A stretch of DNA of 63,745 nt, counting the filler, from Folioceros fuciformis (taxonomy: Eukaryota), in assembly GCA_049999805.1 (NCBI GenBank). It is 20 parts of 20 records of this genome, joined end to end, with 100 filler letters (N's around TTAATTAATTAA, not from the genome) between each part and the next. Parts side by side here need not be neighbours in the genome. Positions count along the whole stretch, not along the records: positions 62,519 to 63,745 come from JBNGIO010003192.1; 19 more parts are not named here. One strand, written 5' to 3'. The position numbers and the translations under genes are program-made. The notes beneath the pieces were generated by a model. That model was given only the letters and a program-made list of their open reading frames with translations, was not told the origin of the DNA and searched no databases. Positions 62,519 to 63,745 of this stretch are shown here, piece after piece. Numbering within the stretch: position 1 is the stretch's first letter; the number at the start of each line of letters is the position of its first letter.

Positions 62519-63745
62519 TCTGTGGACCTATCCATCCAGAATGCGGACCATTCAAGTACTTTATGGTTCTGGTGGATGCTTCGACAATCTGGTCACATGT
62601 CGTTTTATTGTCCACAAGAAATGCTGCAATACTCCTAGCACAGATTATACGTTTAAGGGCTCACCACCCTGATCACCCTATCAAGTCTATAAGGCTTGAT
62701 AATGCTGGAGAGTTTACATCAAAAGCATTTGATGATTATTGCATATCTATTTGGATCGATGTAGAGCATCCTGTACCCCATGTGCATACACAAAATGGTC
62801 TCGCAGAAGCCACCATCAAAAGGCTACAGATGGTGGCTAGGGCATTGGTTATGCGCACCAACCTGCCTATATCTGCATGGGGTTATGCAATATTGCACGC
62901 AGCTTTACTTATTCGTTTCAGACCCACTGCTAGCCAACCATTTTCTGCGTACCAGTTGGTAACTGGATATGAGCCTGACATTTCACACTTACGCATATTT
63001 GGTTGCGCAGTATATGTGCCTATTGCGCCCCCACAGCGCACCAAAATGGGTCCTCAGAGACGATTAAGTATTTATGTTGGATACGAATCCCCAACAATTA
63101 TCCGCTATTTGGAACCCTTGACAGGCGATCTCTCTACCGCTAGATTTGCGGATTGTCACTTTGATGAGACAGTCTTCCCGTCGTTAGGGGGAGATAGGAA
63201 AAAGGATTTTCCAAGGGAACGACAGGAATTGTCGTGGTTTGTCCCCACTCTGTCTCATCTTGATCCCCGCACTTCATAAAGTGAAAGTGAAGTGAAAAGA
63301 ATAATCGATCTTCAGAACGTAGCAGATTCGATGCCTGATGCGTTTACTGATATCGCAAAAGTGACGAGATCACATATACCAGCTGCAAATGTGCCTGCAA
63401 GGTTAGAAGTCCCCAACAAGGGGCACGGTGCCGCAGATAGAGGCACTGCAACCGCACTTAGTGGAGGTGTGGTTGAGGCCGTGGCTCCCCAAGGAAGAGG
63501 GGGAGGTCACTTGGTTCGATTGACACTCACCCAAGGAAGAAGAGGGTGAGTAAGGCACAAACCAATCATCAATGTATAGAATCCCTCTCATGAGATTGTC
63601 TCTGATTATAGTTATGTCCATGAATCAATACTGGAGGACGCTCCGATGTTTGAAATGATTCCAGAGAACAAAGAAATCTCAAAGGATTACGAGAGTGCGT
63701 ATGAGTTGATAGAAAGATCTTCCATACACATTGATGATATATACT
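62519..63745 (+). mobile_element. Ty1/copia Bianca-type integrase fragment
   Basis: CGPIHP...FMVLVDAST, IRLDNAGEFTS, HTQNGLAE, KMGPQRR, YLEPLTGD, ARFADCHFDE, VTRSHIPAANVP. Confidence 0.88.

Overview
This window is not one locus. It is 20 short contigs joined by 100-bp linkers (44 N + TTAATTAATTAA + 44 N), so nothing can be inferred across linkers. The content is repeat-rich plant nuclear DNA, probably from a non-seed plant such as a bryophyte (inference). It holds many decayed Ty1/copia and Ty3/gypsy LTR retrotransposon fragments, an L1-type LINE, a MULE/SWIM transposase-like pseudogene, several nested or solo LTRs, one apparently intact germin-like gene, and LRR and receptor-kinase pseudogene fragments. 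The main observation is a ~3.8-kb gypsy LTR (10215-14027, minus strand) with TGTAG...CTACA ends, lying directly after the integrase C-terminus and the polypurine tract. This LTR contains a long multi-domain ORF of roughly 850-900 aa. Two further diverged copies are present (52247-55553, 59628-62418), and one has exactly the same terminus abutting unrelated sequence. Other notable items are a solo LTR with non-canonical AGT...ACT ends, an antisense ORF between copia RNase H and the PPT, a 3.5-kb GC-rich non-coding element, triple-knuckle gag proteins, a Bianca-type copia contig that may be foreign, and probable library-adapter remnants.
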